Positions 48,617 to 62,467 are shown, counted from the first letter of the stretch. The stretch is DNA of 64,000 nucleotides from Hyphochytrium catenoides (GCA_900088475.1 FLMG01000529.1:1-64000), one strand, 5' to 3'. The notes: a model not told the origin generated them from the sequence alone. Program-made: numbers and translations.

Positions 48617-50831
48617 CTACTTTTTCCGCAAACCGTACTTCCTGGGCGACTTCGCAGCTCCCCGCTGAAAGTGCTTAGCCTGCACTTTGTGGCCTCTTGA
48701 GGAGGCAGCTTTCTTTCCTCTTGGGCCACGACCAGAAGCACCCCCAGTAAAGCCTTTACTTTTAGCTGATCTGAACCTGAGTGCAGCCTCTTGCCGGCGG
48801 CCTCCAGAATCGCGGACTGGTTGGGCCATTGATGCAGCGGGCCTCGCACCCCTTGCCTGTCCTTTTACCGCCATTTTTCCTTTACCCCTCGTCTTGCGCG
48901 GCAGGGTACCTTGCCTACTCGCCTTTTTGTTGCTCTTGAGCTTTGCAGGATGAGAACTGGCGGGACTCGTCCGTCTCCCCTCTGTCAATCCAGCAGAAGC
49001 GACCTTATTAGGCAGCTTTGGAATAGGAGCAGTGTATCTTTCTTCTTCTTGTGAATCTTTCTGATTATAACGGCTTGACAGCCGCCGAGTGCGTTTATGT
49101 TCCCCGGGCTCCCCCTTCGCCGCCCTCACGCTGCGGCCAGGGCGGGCAATATCACCTCCTCGGATTCTGGTACCAGAAGATTCACCCTCAACTAGTGAGG
49201 ACTTAATCATGGCTCCTTGCTCCTCTAGGGCCCTCTTTATTGTACCGATAAGCTGCTGGTCTTTTGATGTGTAAAGGACCGTCACGTGGCCCTTCCTGCC
49301 AAACCTGGCGGTTCGCCTACAGGGTTCAAAATAAGACAAGAACATTATCAGTGGGCATATTGCCACAATGGCGGAGCTAATGGAACAGTAAGAGGCTTAC
49401 TGACCCTGCGCGGTGCAAGTAGTCTGTGATGGTCTTTGGCGCTTCCAACATAACGACATGATCAATATCGGAAATATCGAGTCCTCTGGCAGCCACGTCC
49501 GTTGATAGAAGGATGTCGACAGAACCATCCAAGAACTTCTGGAAGTTCAGATCACGGAAGTAGGCGGGCATGTCACTGTGAAGATTTACAGCCGGGAGGC
49601 CATTCTCTGATAAATAATGAGCAGCGGCTTGCGCCACAGGCCCTGAGTTGCAAAATACTAGTGTCTTGCGAGACTGCTTCCCCGTAAGAACAGTAGCCAG
49701 TGTACGAAACCGTTGCGCTGGAGCCTAAGAACGTTAGTCAGTTTCAACGCACATTTGGAAGCAGTGTTAGCCACTAGTAAGGGTATTCTTAGGTCTCTTG
49801 GGGCAGTACCGTCTTGACAAAGTCTTGCTGAAGACGTTTGGGCGCCTGATGAACAGTTGTGCCTGTGACCTACGTATGTTACGTGAGTTACCTCCAGCTA
49901 CCAGCCTTTGAGTGAATAATCTTACCACTTCAATCCCCGCGAAGGACTTCTCTATGACCTTGTCAAGCGGGGATTGTACAGTCGCGGCGGCCAGAATGAA
50001 CTGTGGCTTCCGTCCACGGTACTCTGCTCCTTTTCTAACGTTATCAACTATGGTCTCCACGTCCTGCTTGAAACCAAGAGCTTTGCTAAACATAGTGTCG
50101 GCCTCATCGATGGCAACCCAAGAGCAATACGACAGATGGAGACGCTCAAATTTGCGATGCGTCAGCAGACGTCCTGGGGTCGCAACGAGTAGGTCAAAAG
50201 GCTTTCTTAGGTCTGACTTCTGCCGGCCGATATCGCTGTTCCCTGTTGCAACTACCGCCCGGAACTTCACGTGATGCGCCAGCATACCAGCCACCGATGC
50301 AACCTGCCGGGCGTCTTCAATAGTCTTAAGGGAGATATAGATTTTTGATAGTCTCACCTGCTCAGCGAGCTCCTTGCTTGGGACTAACACCAAACCCAGG
50401 GGCCGACCTGGCTTATCGTGAATGCCATGAAGAGCTTCCCATCGCTTCAACTGGTGAATAATAGGCAAAAGGAAAGCCAGAGTCTTCCCTGTTCCTGTTT
50501 GCGCGACACAGAAGACATCTACGAAGGAGATAGGGGTCAGTTAGGAAATTTTTTCTCATGCTGATGTTAAATCAACAACTGGCTGATGCAAGCAGCTGCA
50601 CTTACCCTTTCCTGATAGAGCTTCCTCTACTGTTCTAGCTTGAATCTCAGTAAGTGAACTGATATTGGCATTCGCAAGTGCCGCCTTGATCTGAGGTAGG
50701 AGCTGGTCAAGCGTCGATGACGGAGTGTGCCCGAACCTCACACCACTGATATCGCTCCAGAACCGTGACCGTTTGACAGGCAGCAGTCCTCTGGAAGCGA
50801 AGCCCCTCCGCAACAAAGCTCCAGGAATCAT
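48617..50831 (-). CDS. DEAD-box RNA helicase, probably organellar (DDX28/RH39/RH50-like), with a basic C-terminal tail
   Basis: TEIQ, AQTGTGKTLAFLLP, LVPSKELA, ATPGRL, IDEAD, STDVAARGLD, YLHRAGRTARFGRKG. N-terminus LLRRGFAS is presequence-like. Confidence 0.9.
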
Positions 50832-51132
50832 TATAGGATGTTGCAAGGGTACTCTTGTCCCTAGCTGGCCCAAGCAGAGCTCCGTCCGCTATTGAAAGAA
50901 TGAGAGATCAGGTGGTGAAGTCTGCAGGTAACGCTTCTGCTGGCTGGTGGAGAGACAAGAAACCAACCAAAAAAGCTGCGGGAGTTCGCATCCACTTCTC
51001 ATAGGTAACCCGGTTACTGACCCTTGTTTGCCGGTTCTCGAGGTACACATAAGTACTTCAACACAAGTCATGATTATGGGCTACCCGGGTTGATTGTGAG
51101 GCCAGGGCGGGACGGTTGTCTGTTCAAAAAGA

Positions 51133-51285
51133 AAAACGAGAAAGAAAGAGAAAACGGAGAGGGAGAGAGGGAGAGAGGCAGAGAGAGAGAGACACACAGA
51201 GAGAGAGACAGAGAGAGAGAGAGAGCGACACACACAGAGTGACAGAGAGAGAGAGAGAGAGAGACGAAGAGAGGAAGAGTAAGAG
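51133..51285. repeat. (GA)n/(CA)n compound microsatellite in a divergent promoter region
   Basis: gagagagagagacacacagagagagacagagagaga... Confidence 0.9.
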
Positions 51286-51576
51286 TTAAAAAGAGTTCCT
51301 GTTCCAGCTCCGTTCCTCATCGGCACATTAGATCAAAGGCGCCAAACTCTATCTGCTGCATATCGCCACCAAGCTTTCGGTCATCTAGCAATAGTATCAG
51401 GGCAACGACTCGACCCTCAAACCCTCTTCCTCCTGCCACCCCAGAGGAACGTTCCAGTGTCTCCATAAGCTTAGCGCTCTTGGAAAATCTCTACAAGGTC
51501 GCGAAAGGCCTCTTCGAGGGTTCGATCGAGCCGTAAGCAGGTTCTGGTTGATCATCAGCACCTATCTACGGTAGCA

Positions 51577-52228
51577 ATGGATCCAGCACAATCGAAAAGA
51601 TATCAAAAATTACTCTTAGTCTTGCGGAAGGCGATTGATGTGTCCGTGGACAATGTTATCAACAAGGAGCTCGGCCCAGCCTTCAAGGATGTGGAGGTGA
51701 ATCACCAGGATCTTCAAGGGAGCGTCAAGGAAACTCTTTCCTCCGTCAAGGTGGACATCAATGTATGTAGAATATTCCTGGCAACGGCATTTACGAAGTA
51801 CGGCCGACTTACATAGTCATCTCAGCGAGAGGTCAGCGCGCTCTGCGACGAGAAAGAGCTCAACAAGAGGCTCCTTGCCTTTGACGAAGTACTAAAATCT
51901 CACCAGGAGAAGAAGAAGACAGACATAAACTTGCAAAGGTACGACGCTCTGTTCCAGGAAAAGGCTCCTTTCCTGTCCACGTTAAAGAGATTATCCATCT
52001 CCCTTCAGCCCTGATATTTACCTAGAAGAGAAGCCCGATGCTTTGATCAGGAAGGTGCGGATTGCGACAAAGCGAAAAGAGAAACTGCTCCTTCAGAAGA
52101 GACTCCAGGAAATCGAGGCAGAGAATGAGGAATTGGAAGGCTCTCTGCAACACTCTCGGATTTCTGCCCAAAGTGGCATTGATGCACTGACAAGCTATGT
52201 GCAGTCTCTTAAGCCAGTTACGTGCTGA
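51577..52228 (+). CDS. Nnf1/PMF1-like kinetochore (MIS12 complex) coiled-coil protein, 3 exons
   Basis: RYQKLLLVLRKAI..REVSALCDEKELNKRLLAFDEVL..EKPDALIR..LQKRLQEIEAENEEL matches the Nnf1 layout and size. Assignment is by pattern recall only. Confidence 0.55.
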
Positions 52229-53399
52229 GAGGTTGGCTAAAGCCCAGCCCTCTCTTCTTCTTTTCTCTAGTGAATTGTATTCGCTAGTGATGACTTAGGA
52301 GTCAGTGCCACGAGGCGGGGAGTCATGAATGTACATGCAGCCGAATCGATCAGCGAAGCTTGAGGAGCATAGCATTCCATTCAGCTTGTCCCAGGCAGCC
52401 CCGTACACGTTGACGATGTGTGATATAGTCACAAATCTTTTCTTACACCGCTCTCTAGATCTCTTGCCATTCATCACTCTCATGGTCTTGCTCCGTATCG
52501 ATTGAAGTCTCCATCTAGTGCCACCGCTTACGTCTTATGCTAGGATCAGAGAGAAGTAACGAATAATCTTCGGGTTGCTATTGAGACACTGAGGCATCCG
52601 ACTGATACTGAACTGAGGAAGCTGACTGCTCGTGACCTTAGCTCTTCCTTGAGATGGAACAAGGCAAAAGATACTTCCTAGGGGCTGAGGAGTGAAAGAT
52701 GCAAGAGAGTATCCCCATGGCCTTTTGCGTTATTCACTGATTGATTGCTTGATCAGGCTGCGACTCACAGCGATGCCTCAGTCCAACCACTGTAACCGTG
52801 AGCCCTTGAGCGGTCGCTAGACACTACGTTAATGATGCCGTCCTACTTTCCTTAGTTCCCCTCCTGCATCGAAACCTTCGTTACCCTTCCTAATCAGGAA
52901 TGACTATACCCCTATATTAGTACAGCTGTAGAGCTCCCTAGCTTCCTCCTGAGAGAAGGGCTGATGAGCAAAAGGAGCACGCAGCACATTGTTGGCAGAA
53001 GTCACGGATGGCCCCCTGCCTTTTGGAGATCCACTGGGGCGAGATGATAGGGGTTACCGGCTCTATACCCTCAACCGTCGCGTTCTTATACTCCCATCAA
53101 CTGTCCTCAGAAGTTCAGGACATCCTGTCGGCTAATATTATAGGTGTCTCCTCCCTTCCTGCTGCGGCTGTGATGGCTGCTTGTGCGCTTGATCCAAGCG
53201 AGCCTGTCATGGACAGCTTTATCTGAATCTTAATGGAAGGAGCTTCCTGACATCTAGTTGACGATGTTCCTTCTATTATCTGACATGTGATTGATGATGT
53301 TCTCTCATTTAAGCTTCCAACTGTTCCAGGGCAGTCTCTATCGCCCTAACAAGGTCTGCCATGTACTTCCGCCACTTTAAGAATAGTACCCAACTTAAG

Positions 53400-56300
53400 T
53401 GTTAGATTAAGTGGAGATAGAGATGAAGTCAGGTCCTTAGGCGGAAGTTTGAAGTTATGCTGAGCGCACCAAATGGTAGGATGTAGCCCGCATGGCTGTG
53501 GGCATCCACCACTGCTGATATTCCTTTGCTTTTGCGACTAGGATCACATATGTGCCTGAGGGCATCCTCTCCTGCACCTCATGAAGACCTCAATGAAGCT
53601 CCAGGAGAGTTACAAGCCACGATTAATGACAGCGTTCAGAGTGTTGAGTCTAAGTGTGGTGGTGTGGATGGACCAAAGGAAAGAGGTCTTAGTAAGGCGG
53701 AGTCGACGGTGCAGCTTGTTGTCAAGGCTCTTATAACGCATTTGCCTATCACGCTCCAAGAAGCAACCGGCTTCATTAAGGACGAGGACTCCTTTAAGGC
53801 ATTTCTTATGATTGCCAACAATGTAAGGCTAACTCTCTCCTCCCATCCGGCAGTTCGTCATCTCTTACATTGATTGGGTACTCCTTAACCTGTCCTGCAG
53901 GAGACAGCTTCCCAAGTAACGAGTTTCCTTCAGAGCCTGCACGAGTGCGGAGCCTCAATTGGCTCTTCTCTCCAGCGGGAGAAGTATCAGATCAAACTTG
54001 TGTATGCCATCCTGGACTTCATTATGGTGGCAGGGCAGAGTCCTTTCCCGGTAAGGATCAGTCGCTACGTGACTTCGAATTCACATCATAGATAGTTGAT
54101 GACAAAAGGAAGAGGAGGCTGGGCTAGCTGAAAACTGAACGGAGGCGAGACAGCGGTATTAATATTCTTTGTGATACCTGTTGGCTAGGTTCATGTCCGA
54201 TGGACTTATAGGATCTTGGCAAAAGTGTTCGCCGGCTTGCATGATCAAGAGTTTCTTACACTAAGCTGGGACTGGTTCTGCAATAGGAGACCTATGGGTA
54301 AGAGGATGGCGAAAGGTGTCTTTTCTCCATTGTCTTTGTTTATATTGAGCTAGTCCTCTAACCCCTTATCGAACCGCAGGACGACAGAGTCCACTAGTGA
54401 AATCCATCACCACACTCGAGGGTGATCCGTCTGCTGAGGTGGAGGTCGTCTCTGTTATCTGGCAGGTATCGAAGGGGCGCTTATTGCAGCTTCTGTTCTC
54501 TGTCCTTCCGGATAAAATCCGAGAGCCGGAGCGGTACATCACGGTATTATGGAAATGCCTGGAGATACTTTGCGCAAACCTGGAGTCAAGAAACGAGCTA
54601 GTAGAGAAGAAAATGATCCCTATCGCAACCGGTATGTAGGGACGACATAGAACGAAAGAGGAAACATGGGAGAGGAATGTAACTGCGGGTTATGCTCAAG
54701 GCACATGTCATGGCCACAGGCCCAATTATAGGGGTTAAAAGAGTTTGCACCTCCTAGTGAGCAAGAGAGGACCTAAGGACGTCGCATGAGTGGCAAAAGC
54801 CAACCGTTGGTAAAGCTTTGGTGAAAAGGCTTAGCAGGCCCAATCATCACCATTCTGACTAGATTTGCAGAGGTTGGACTTCGGCTTACGCAGCACGGAA
54901 ACTCTATGGCTGTCAGATGTAGCGCCTTATTCTTGCTGAAAGGGCTCTGGGAGACGTTCTACGCAGATGGAATTCTACCACATGACTTTGAGATGCACAT
55001 TGTGGCAGTAGTTAGAGATCTAATGTACGTTTCCTAGAACTAGTTTAGCTCTTTGAGCAAACTCTGAGAAGCTTGTCATTTCATGGGGCTTTCCTCGTCT
55101 CGCCCTTAGAACTGAGGGAGAGGAGCTCGAAGCACAGATCGTTGTGGCTTCAGTGATGATGGACTGGCTGGCCTTCTTCACACTACGCCGCTCGCCTCAT
55201 GGCAGCTTGCTGTTCAAGGAAGCTATTGCACTTGGTTTCAAACAGACGTTACCAGAGGTGAAGACTGATGAGGATCGCGTCCGTTGTTTCTTTTCTACAG
55301 GCCCCTGACGGTTTTCCAGTCCACTCCTTGAGCATATAGCGTGGTTTACTCACCAACGGTCTTCTCTCCTCCACAGCCCCTTTTTCAATACTTTTTGCAC
55401 TGCTTCGTTCGCCTGGTCGATGACCTCGGTCCAGCCTTACCGGTCGAAGTGCTGATAGAGCCTTTAAGCGTCTTCCTCTCTAGAGCGGGAGCGTTTCAGA
55501 AGCTCCAACTATACCCTCTTCTCAACGCCATCTCACGTAGCGAGCGGCTCACTGCAACCACAAGTCTCCGACTAGTAGACATTGTGGCCCCGTGGGCCCT
55601 GGAAGTCTCGTCCTTCGCACCTTGTGTACGGAATGTGCTGACGACCCTTCTGTTGAGGTGGCCAACAAACGATCTCGTAAAGCAACGAGCTTTAGACTTG
55701 GCTAGGGTACGGTTATGTCATAGTGAAGGGTCTCTGCATCTGACACTCTCTAGCTTTTTTGANNNNNNNNNNNNNNNNNNNNNNNNNNNNNNNNNNNNNN
55801 NNNNNNNNNNNNNNNNNNNNGCTTGAGGCCTGAGACCGAAAGGTCAATCCTCATCTTGTGGTAGGGCTAACTTTTCTCTTAGACTATGCTACTCTTCCAC
55901 ATCCGAGCTGAAGCAGTATTGAAGTCGTTCGAGCCAATGGACCAACAGGATGAACGGCGAAAAGAAGAGCTGCGACTGCAGCAATGGCTGGCCATTAGTC
56001 TGCTTCAGGTACTGAGTTGTGTGGATTGCCGGAGCTTTCGTGACTACATGAAGATGAAGTTGGACGAGACTATTGTAAAGTCACGAGGTACGCAATTTGC
56101 TATTGCCATCTAGGGGCGGCCCATCTTCTCCTTTAGTTTAGTTCCTGGGCAATATATGCCCGAGTTGAGACGGCTGAGCTACACGCTGGTCATGCTGTAG
56201 GAAGATGGGACACTCCTTTGAGCACGCAGTTTGTGGCGTTCTACTTCATCAGTAGTGCAAACCCACCTGTAAAGGTTGCATGCAATGCGCTGATCCTAAC

Positions 56301-59300
56301 CTTATTATACTTCGCGTCTAATGGTATATGCCGAACTCCCCCGCGCTGCACCAGAGACCTTAGGAGGCAAGGCAGATGCTCGTCTGATAGAGCTGCGAGA
56401 CCTGTTGTGCAGAAAAGATTCTCCAGGGACAGTTGGAGATAGTGGCAACTGGTGGCTCCCAAATCCGCACTACGTCATGTCAGGAAAGTCAACTGGGGTT
56501 GACAGCAGAGGTAGGGGTTCCTCATTTGCTATCCAGTTGCTCTTTTCCAACTATATGCAATCGACTATATAGTCCACCCTTAAGCTTGTCCCTATTCCTG
56601 TTTGCTGTCAATTTGAGTGCCGACGTACCCAATTCTTATGCACTTCCACTGTAAGGTCAACTGGTGGGCAAGCAGATGAAGGGTGTGATCAACTCCAGTA
56701 GAGAGCTTGTACATCTCGATGACACGCAGGTGAGGCGCAGCTACGCGTTATTGGACTGCCATTATCTCAATGACGCACAACCGAGCTACCTAGTTGACAA
56801 TCTTCAAACTTCAGAGGATCTGCCATGGTGTCCAGCGCAATGACATCCAAAGAAGGCGCGTTATAGGCCCCGAGAAAAGCTTTCCAGCACTTTCCTCGAA
56901 GCCTTCTGCTTCATTTTTTCTCCACATACCGTCATCTGCCACTCCTACTACCCTCCCCATCGCCCCTAGCGCTTTCAATTCACCCCAGATGGGGACGCAG
57001 AGAGTACAGCACGATCAGCTGGAAGACGGCATCGTGAGACTTTCACCAAGCTTCTCGGACCCAATCTCTGTACCGCTCCAGGAAAGGCACGGGCCAATAA
57101 CTGGCATGGCTAAGAAGAGGAGTAACCAGTAAGGACCCAGTACTCCTGCCTGAATGTAACATTTCTTCAGATGCTTAATCCTGTCATTGCTCTGTGCAAT
57201 TCACACTCCCCAACAGCTGTACATTCTTCCAGAGGTCTGTTTCCTGCGCGGGAACTAACCTGTTCACCCCTCTTACACATTGCTGCCACATTTCTGACCA
57301 TATGTTGCGGTCTAGGGAAGGACTTTTTCAGCCTTGGCTTTCAGTTCTGAAGAAGTTGTTCGATCTCTACAGCGGAGATCTCCACTCAGCCGGTAAACAG
57401 TCCCTTCTGAAGGTTCCAGTTCTCTTCTAAATTTCCGTCAGCGGATCTCTGCGTGTAGCCTCCTTCATATCACTAAGGCATTGCACGCACGCTTGGTCCT
57501 TAACGTTGCCTGGATCCTCTAATTAGGGCTACCACTGCTATCACTGCCTTCTTGGTTGGAGCTATGCTGCGACTATCAGATTGTACCTCGCCTCATGACT
57601 TCAAAGCAATCCGTCAGACTATTCTGGGTCCAGGCAAACCGGAAGTTAGAGAAAAGGAGACGAGACGCCATGCGATTTGGCTCGTTCCTCTCCCTCTTGG
57701 GAGAAGTATCACAATCGTTTGGGTTTGGGTCGGCCCAGTACCTTCTTCCCTACGATCGTGCCGCCTGTCTTGTGTACCACTTTTGGTACTTCAGCGACAC
57801 AACCATGCAGACGGAGGAACCTGACGGAACAGCCCCGGAGATGGAGAAAGCAAGAGACTTGTTGGAAGATGGCACCAAAGTTGCTCTTCTGACGAGGAAA
57901 GAATGGGAAGATACCTCCCTATGGATCCCAAAGTTCGAGATTCCTCGATCAACTCAACTCTCTCTTCCATGGGCTACAGCTTTGGAGTGCGTGAGCCAGC
58001 TCCTTTTTGAAGCTTTGGGATTCCATATCCTTCCCATACTGCATCCGAGGTGAGCAGGGTCATAGGATATCAAAATTGGAATATTGGGCCACCATGAAAA
58101 ATTCCAACAGTACCTCACTTGGCTTTGTGATGCTTCATCTTCGACTCTAACCGAGCGCAGTGGCCGCAGACTTGTCAATCCCTCTAAAATCTCATTCCCT
58201 GGATTCAGCTTGCATTAAAACCCACCTAAACCGATTCGTGCTGAGATGTCCGCCGGGTTTGATTGCGTTACTTCTGAACTTTCCTCATTATGCCCTTCAG
58301 AGTCGAAGATTCCAGTGGTTTCGGCTTTATCGAGATAGATCGCGGGAATCAAGATGACACAGTCGTGGCTTCAAAGTGGCAGAAGACATTTCAAGACGAG
58401 CAGGGGAGTGGGGATGAAGGCGAGGTTCCAGAATCTCAAGACAATGCTATTAGGAAAGAGCCTCCTAGACAGGAGCACTCCACTAACGTGTTTCAAATCT
58501 CAATAGTGGCGGGAGAGGTCTTAGACGAGGCCCAGCGAACAGTGCCCTGCGTTTATTATTGCCAATTTTGGGTTAATGGCAAGCGCCTGTGGAAGACCAA
58601 GGTAGTTAGTCGATTGAGTTTCGACTCTGCTGTGCTTCCTACTGTTCTGCCGTTGTCCTTGCTCTTCGTTTGTGTTAGCAGTTCAAAGTACCCCTCCCTA
58701 GCCGTCTATCTCGCCTTCCTAGACCCTTCCACATCACAGGGGTTTCTAACTGACAGCGCACCTGCTATGCTTTTCTCTCTTTGTCAACGTTCAACCTGTC
58801 GCAGCACGCGGCGGCTAAAAACATGACCCAGCCGGAATGGCATGAACACTTTGACATTTGCACCGCTCCTGGGCATGACGAAGTGAAGATTGCGATGTAC
58901 AGATATGAGGAGGACAAACCCATTCATCCGAGCCTACTGGGCTTAGTGACGGTATGTACATTATTTATGCAAGTCAAGTGTGTTGAAGGAGAAGGATTTG
59001 AAGTTTACGAGTCAGAGTGGATAAGGACCAATTTGTTCGAGTAGGTCATAGTTGACGGAAGTGGCAACTGTCATAAGGGAGCTTGTTTTACCACAGCGTT
59101 GCTGATAGAAGCGTGCATAGTTCTCTGTTAGGGACTGGTTGATCAGGATGAAGGGTGAGACATACGCACTGTTGCGTTCTCAGGATGTGATCACAGCGAA
59201 ACTACTTCTCAAGTTCCGCCTGAGGGACATTACATACAGCAGTACGTTGGGAGGCTTCACCATTAAATCGACGTGACTTCAGCTGAATCTCGCAACCTTA

Positions 59301-60503
59301 ATCTTCCTCTGAGAGTTTCCTTCCAAACATATGGTTGTGCTGACAAGCACTGTTTTCAAGGCTTTGGGTCGTAGTATTCATCCCATCCACTGCATTACCG
59401 GTTCGTCACTATACAAGCTCAACTTCAATCCTAACTGGGTGTAATCATTTCAGGCCTCAAAAGGAAAATGGTGTCGAAAGGCCGCGGTCGGTCACCTGAA
59501 CCCATCCAACAAGTACCTGCCCTGCGCAGTCCGGGGAAGAAGATGAATAGAAGACCCAAAGTGGAAGTTGTTCGGGCACTTGAAGCAGCAAAGATGAAGG
59601 AGGAAGAGAAGAGGAAAGAGGAGAAACGCAGGCTCAGAGCGCAAGCCCTGCATAACAAGTTAGCTACTAGGGTGACAGATTCGGCTCCGCATTACGCAGA
59701 GAGAGAAGCAGAGCGAAGACAGGCCGCTTGGCAGTCATCGGAAGTAAAGGAGGGGATCACGTCTTCGAGCCCTGACGCTTTGATAATACCGACAGGAGAA
59801 GTGAAAGGAAAAGTGACGGTGACGAGTGGACAGGATGACAGGTAAAACATCACATGCCAAGACGCGAACAGATGGTCATCATTTTTTCTCTCTACTTGAC
59901 AGACACGGAGTGGAGAAGCAGGAGAAGATGTTGCCACCTAAACAGCCCGTCTCCAAGCACCGAAATGTGGGGGCCGGGCACTGGAAAGATGTATGGAGCC
60001 TTTCTTAGGAAGACTGCACTTACTCCTTGTAGCTAAACCACATTTTTTTTGCCGTGTTTCGCTAGGACCATGTACCTGCTAAGAAAACCGCACCTACTAA
60101 GGTTCTAGGGGAGAGCGACTCTAACCATAGCCCGATGTCGACCAACTCGCACTTGCTTGAGTCGACCAAGTCGCACTTGCTTGAGAGTCAGCCACCACCA
60201 CCTCAGACTGAGCAAGGGGGAACTTTACGAGATGAGAGCAATGCCAAGCCTTTAACGGACAAACCAGTCCACAATTTCAGGGAGGTTGAATTCGTGCGTC
60301 AGCTAGTAAGTTACTGGTTACAGCAAGCGCTGTCAGCAGCTGTAGCAACGATAAGTGCGAGGCAGGCACCTGTACTACCCACATCCCCGGCGAGGCCTAT
60401 AAAGGTTAACGCACCCATTGAAATGGATGTAAGGCTTGACGTGGTGAGGGAGCTAGCTCGGACGCTGGTGAGCCAAATGTTAGCTCCACGGACAACGCCT
60501 TAG
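53400..60503 (+). CDS. Large multi-exon uncharacterised protein (or proteins): helical-repeat-like N-half, C2 domain and basic/coiled tail
   Basis: Chain of plus-strand exons with Leu-rich amphipathic helices. C2-like FQISIVAGEVL..YYCQFWVNGKRLWKTK..NMTQPEWHEHFDI..EVKIAMY..LLGLVT at about 58490-58950. Confidence 0.5.
55763..55820. other. Assembly gap (58 N)
   Basis: Run of N. Confidence 1.
60137..60184 (+). repeat. 24-bp in-frame tandem duplication (STNSHLLE/STKSHLLE)
   Basis: gtcgaccaaStcgcacttgcttga x2. Confidence 0.9.
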
Positions 60504-60777
60504 ACACTTGTAGAAATGTTCAAATGCGTGTATGTTTTGTGACATATCAGGTATGCTAATGTACATCATGCAACTGCTTTAGTTAACCGTACAGACAACA
60601 GCATCGTGGAATCTCGGCCTACTCTTATATCGATGGCTGTTGACTCAATAATGGTGAAGTCAAACGTCTAGAGAGCTCGATTCACTCTTCTGGGGGCGGG
60701 GTAGGGGGCAAGCTTGAACTCAAGGCATCGGCCGCCTCTGCAATTTAAGGGAATTTCCGGGTTCAGCAAGGTCCTAA

Positions 60778-61656
60778 TTATAACAGAATCTTTGATGTCT
60801 CCTTACCTTTCTCCTTCGCTAGTATGGTTGGGTTGACCCAAGTCTTATTTCTTGAATGAGCCAAACTGCGAGCTGATTGTGGGCGCTGGCTAGGAAGTGC
60901 GCTCTCTATACCCTTCTTGGCATCTCCTGTCGCTGACCCCTCGTCTCTAACCCAGGTTCTATGGCGGAAGGATGCCTTGGGCCGAGGGTGATGGGAAGCT
61001 ATAGGTTCATGATATAGGTGTGGGTACTGTCCGCCTGAGCTATACACAGCTGGCGTTCCATAGTATGGACCATACATCCAGCCGTAGTTGACATCCTGTG
61101 GAATCAGACGCTGCCTCTTGAAACCTTCACCCCATTGATACATGTTGGCTTCTTCCTCTTCTTCCAACCGCCTCTGTTCTTCGTTCACAGGAGGTCCGAC
61201 TCTTGAAGTTATTGGAGCTCTCTGGGGACAACGAAAGCTGTGTGGTGAGACAGTGGCTGACTGCACCTCTAAAACATGACGTTACCTCTTCGGGTGCCTG
61301 CCGTTTGTAACCTTTGAGTAGAGATTCTTCGTCCACGATCCCATCATTTTCTGCGATTATCTCGTCCTCGCCTTGTGTTCGTTTAGATTCTGCAAGTAGA
61401 TAATCTGCAAGCTCGTGAGAGTGTTCCTGGCCAACAACCTCGACCAGATCGTCTGCAAGTCGGCTCGCGGTACTACTGGACTCCAACAGTTCCGCAACCT
61501 TGGTCTGTATGCAAAATTAGCCCGAACTGTCAAGGATACGCAGACAGGATGTTCACATACCACCTTAGCATCGCTCGCTTCTCCCGTCAGCTCCTGGAGC
61601 CTCGTCTTGATGACGCGGGAGAGTCCAGATTCGCACTTGTGATCGTCCTTGGTCAT
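60778..61656 (-). CDS. Small protein with a PWI/Nab2-N-like helical N-terminus and a low-complexity tail (3 exons)
   Basis: LSRVIKTRLQELTGE..VAELLES..LADDLVEVVGQEHSHELADYL. The tail is Tyr/Pro-rich and contains RHRTWVR and RNKTWVNP. Confidence 0.5.
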
Positions 61657-62467
61657 GTCGATAGCTAGAGAGATTCGCTACCCTCTAACGAGAGCAGTAT
61701 GAGAGCACAGTGTTCTTGGCCCTTCCCAAGTTCGCCGCGACTTCCTTCGTCCCGCATTCCTGGCAGGCCCGGGTCCTAACTTTCTTATCTATGGGTCTTG
61801 CTGATCGACAACTCCGCCATGCAGGCTGCTATGTCCCCTCATCAAGCGCTCAACAACCATCTCGCTCTTCTGAGGATGCTCATCAATGCAGGACACTCTC
61901 CCTCCTTCGTTGATGTCAACTCGAGTTCTTCTGCGCTTGACTGTTCGCATTTGCACCCAACCACAGCCAAGATATGGGGTGTTCGCACTTCACACCTTCC
62001 AACCATAGGGACACCCAGACGTCGTCCAGGTTTGTCGGAGACTGAAGAGGGACTAGGCTCGGATTAATCTCTCGCTGATTCTATGACTTTGATCTCTAGT
62101 GTTAAGTTATGAAAAGGTGTGTGTTATGTCTGACAGCACTTGTGGATCCTTTACAAATAGGACCGTGATGGAAACCGAGAGCTCTCTCATCAACATTGTG
62201 AAGAACGATGGGAGTTGAGTTGATTGTTGACGGTTGGGACGATCTCCCAATTGTACTGACCCGATAGCAGATCTCTACAGAAGCAAGCCACGTCGTCGGC
62301 TGCTGCCTGGCTTCTTTTGGCTCGGCAGCGTCTAGGGGCCCAGCAGCACCTCGCCAAGTCCGGTAGTGTTTGAGGCCCTTTCCATCCGTGTCGTTCTGAC
62401 ATACGGATCACCATTCTGTCTACCTCTACAAAAAGACGTGGTGGCACTGCCAGAGTAGCGAAGCACC

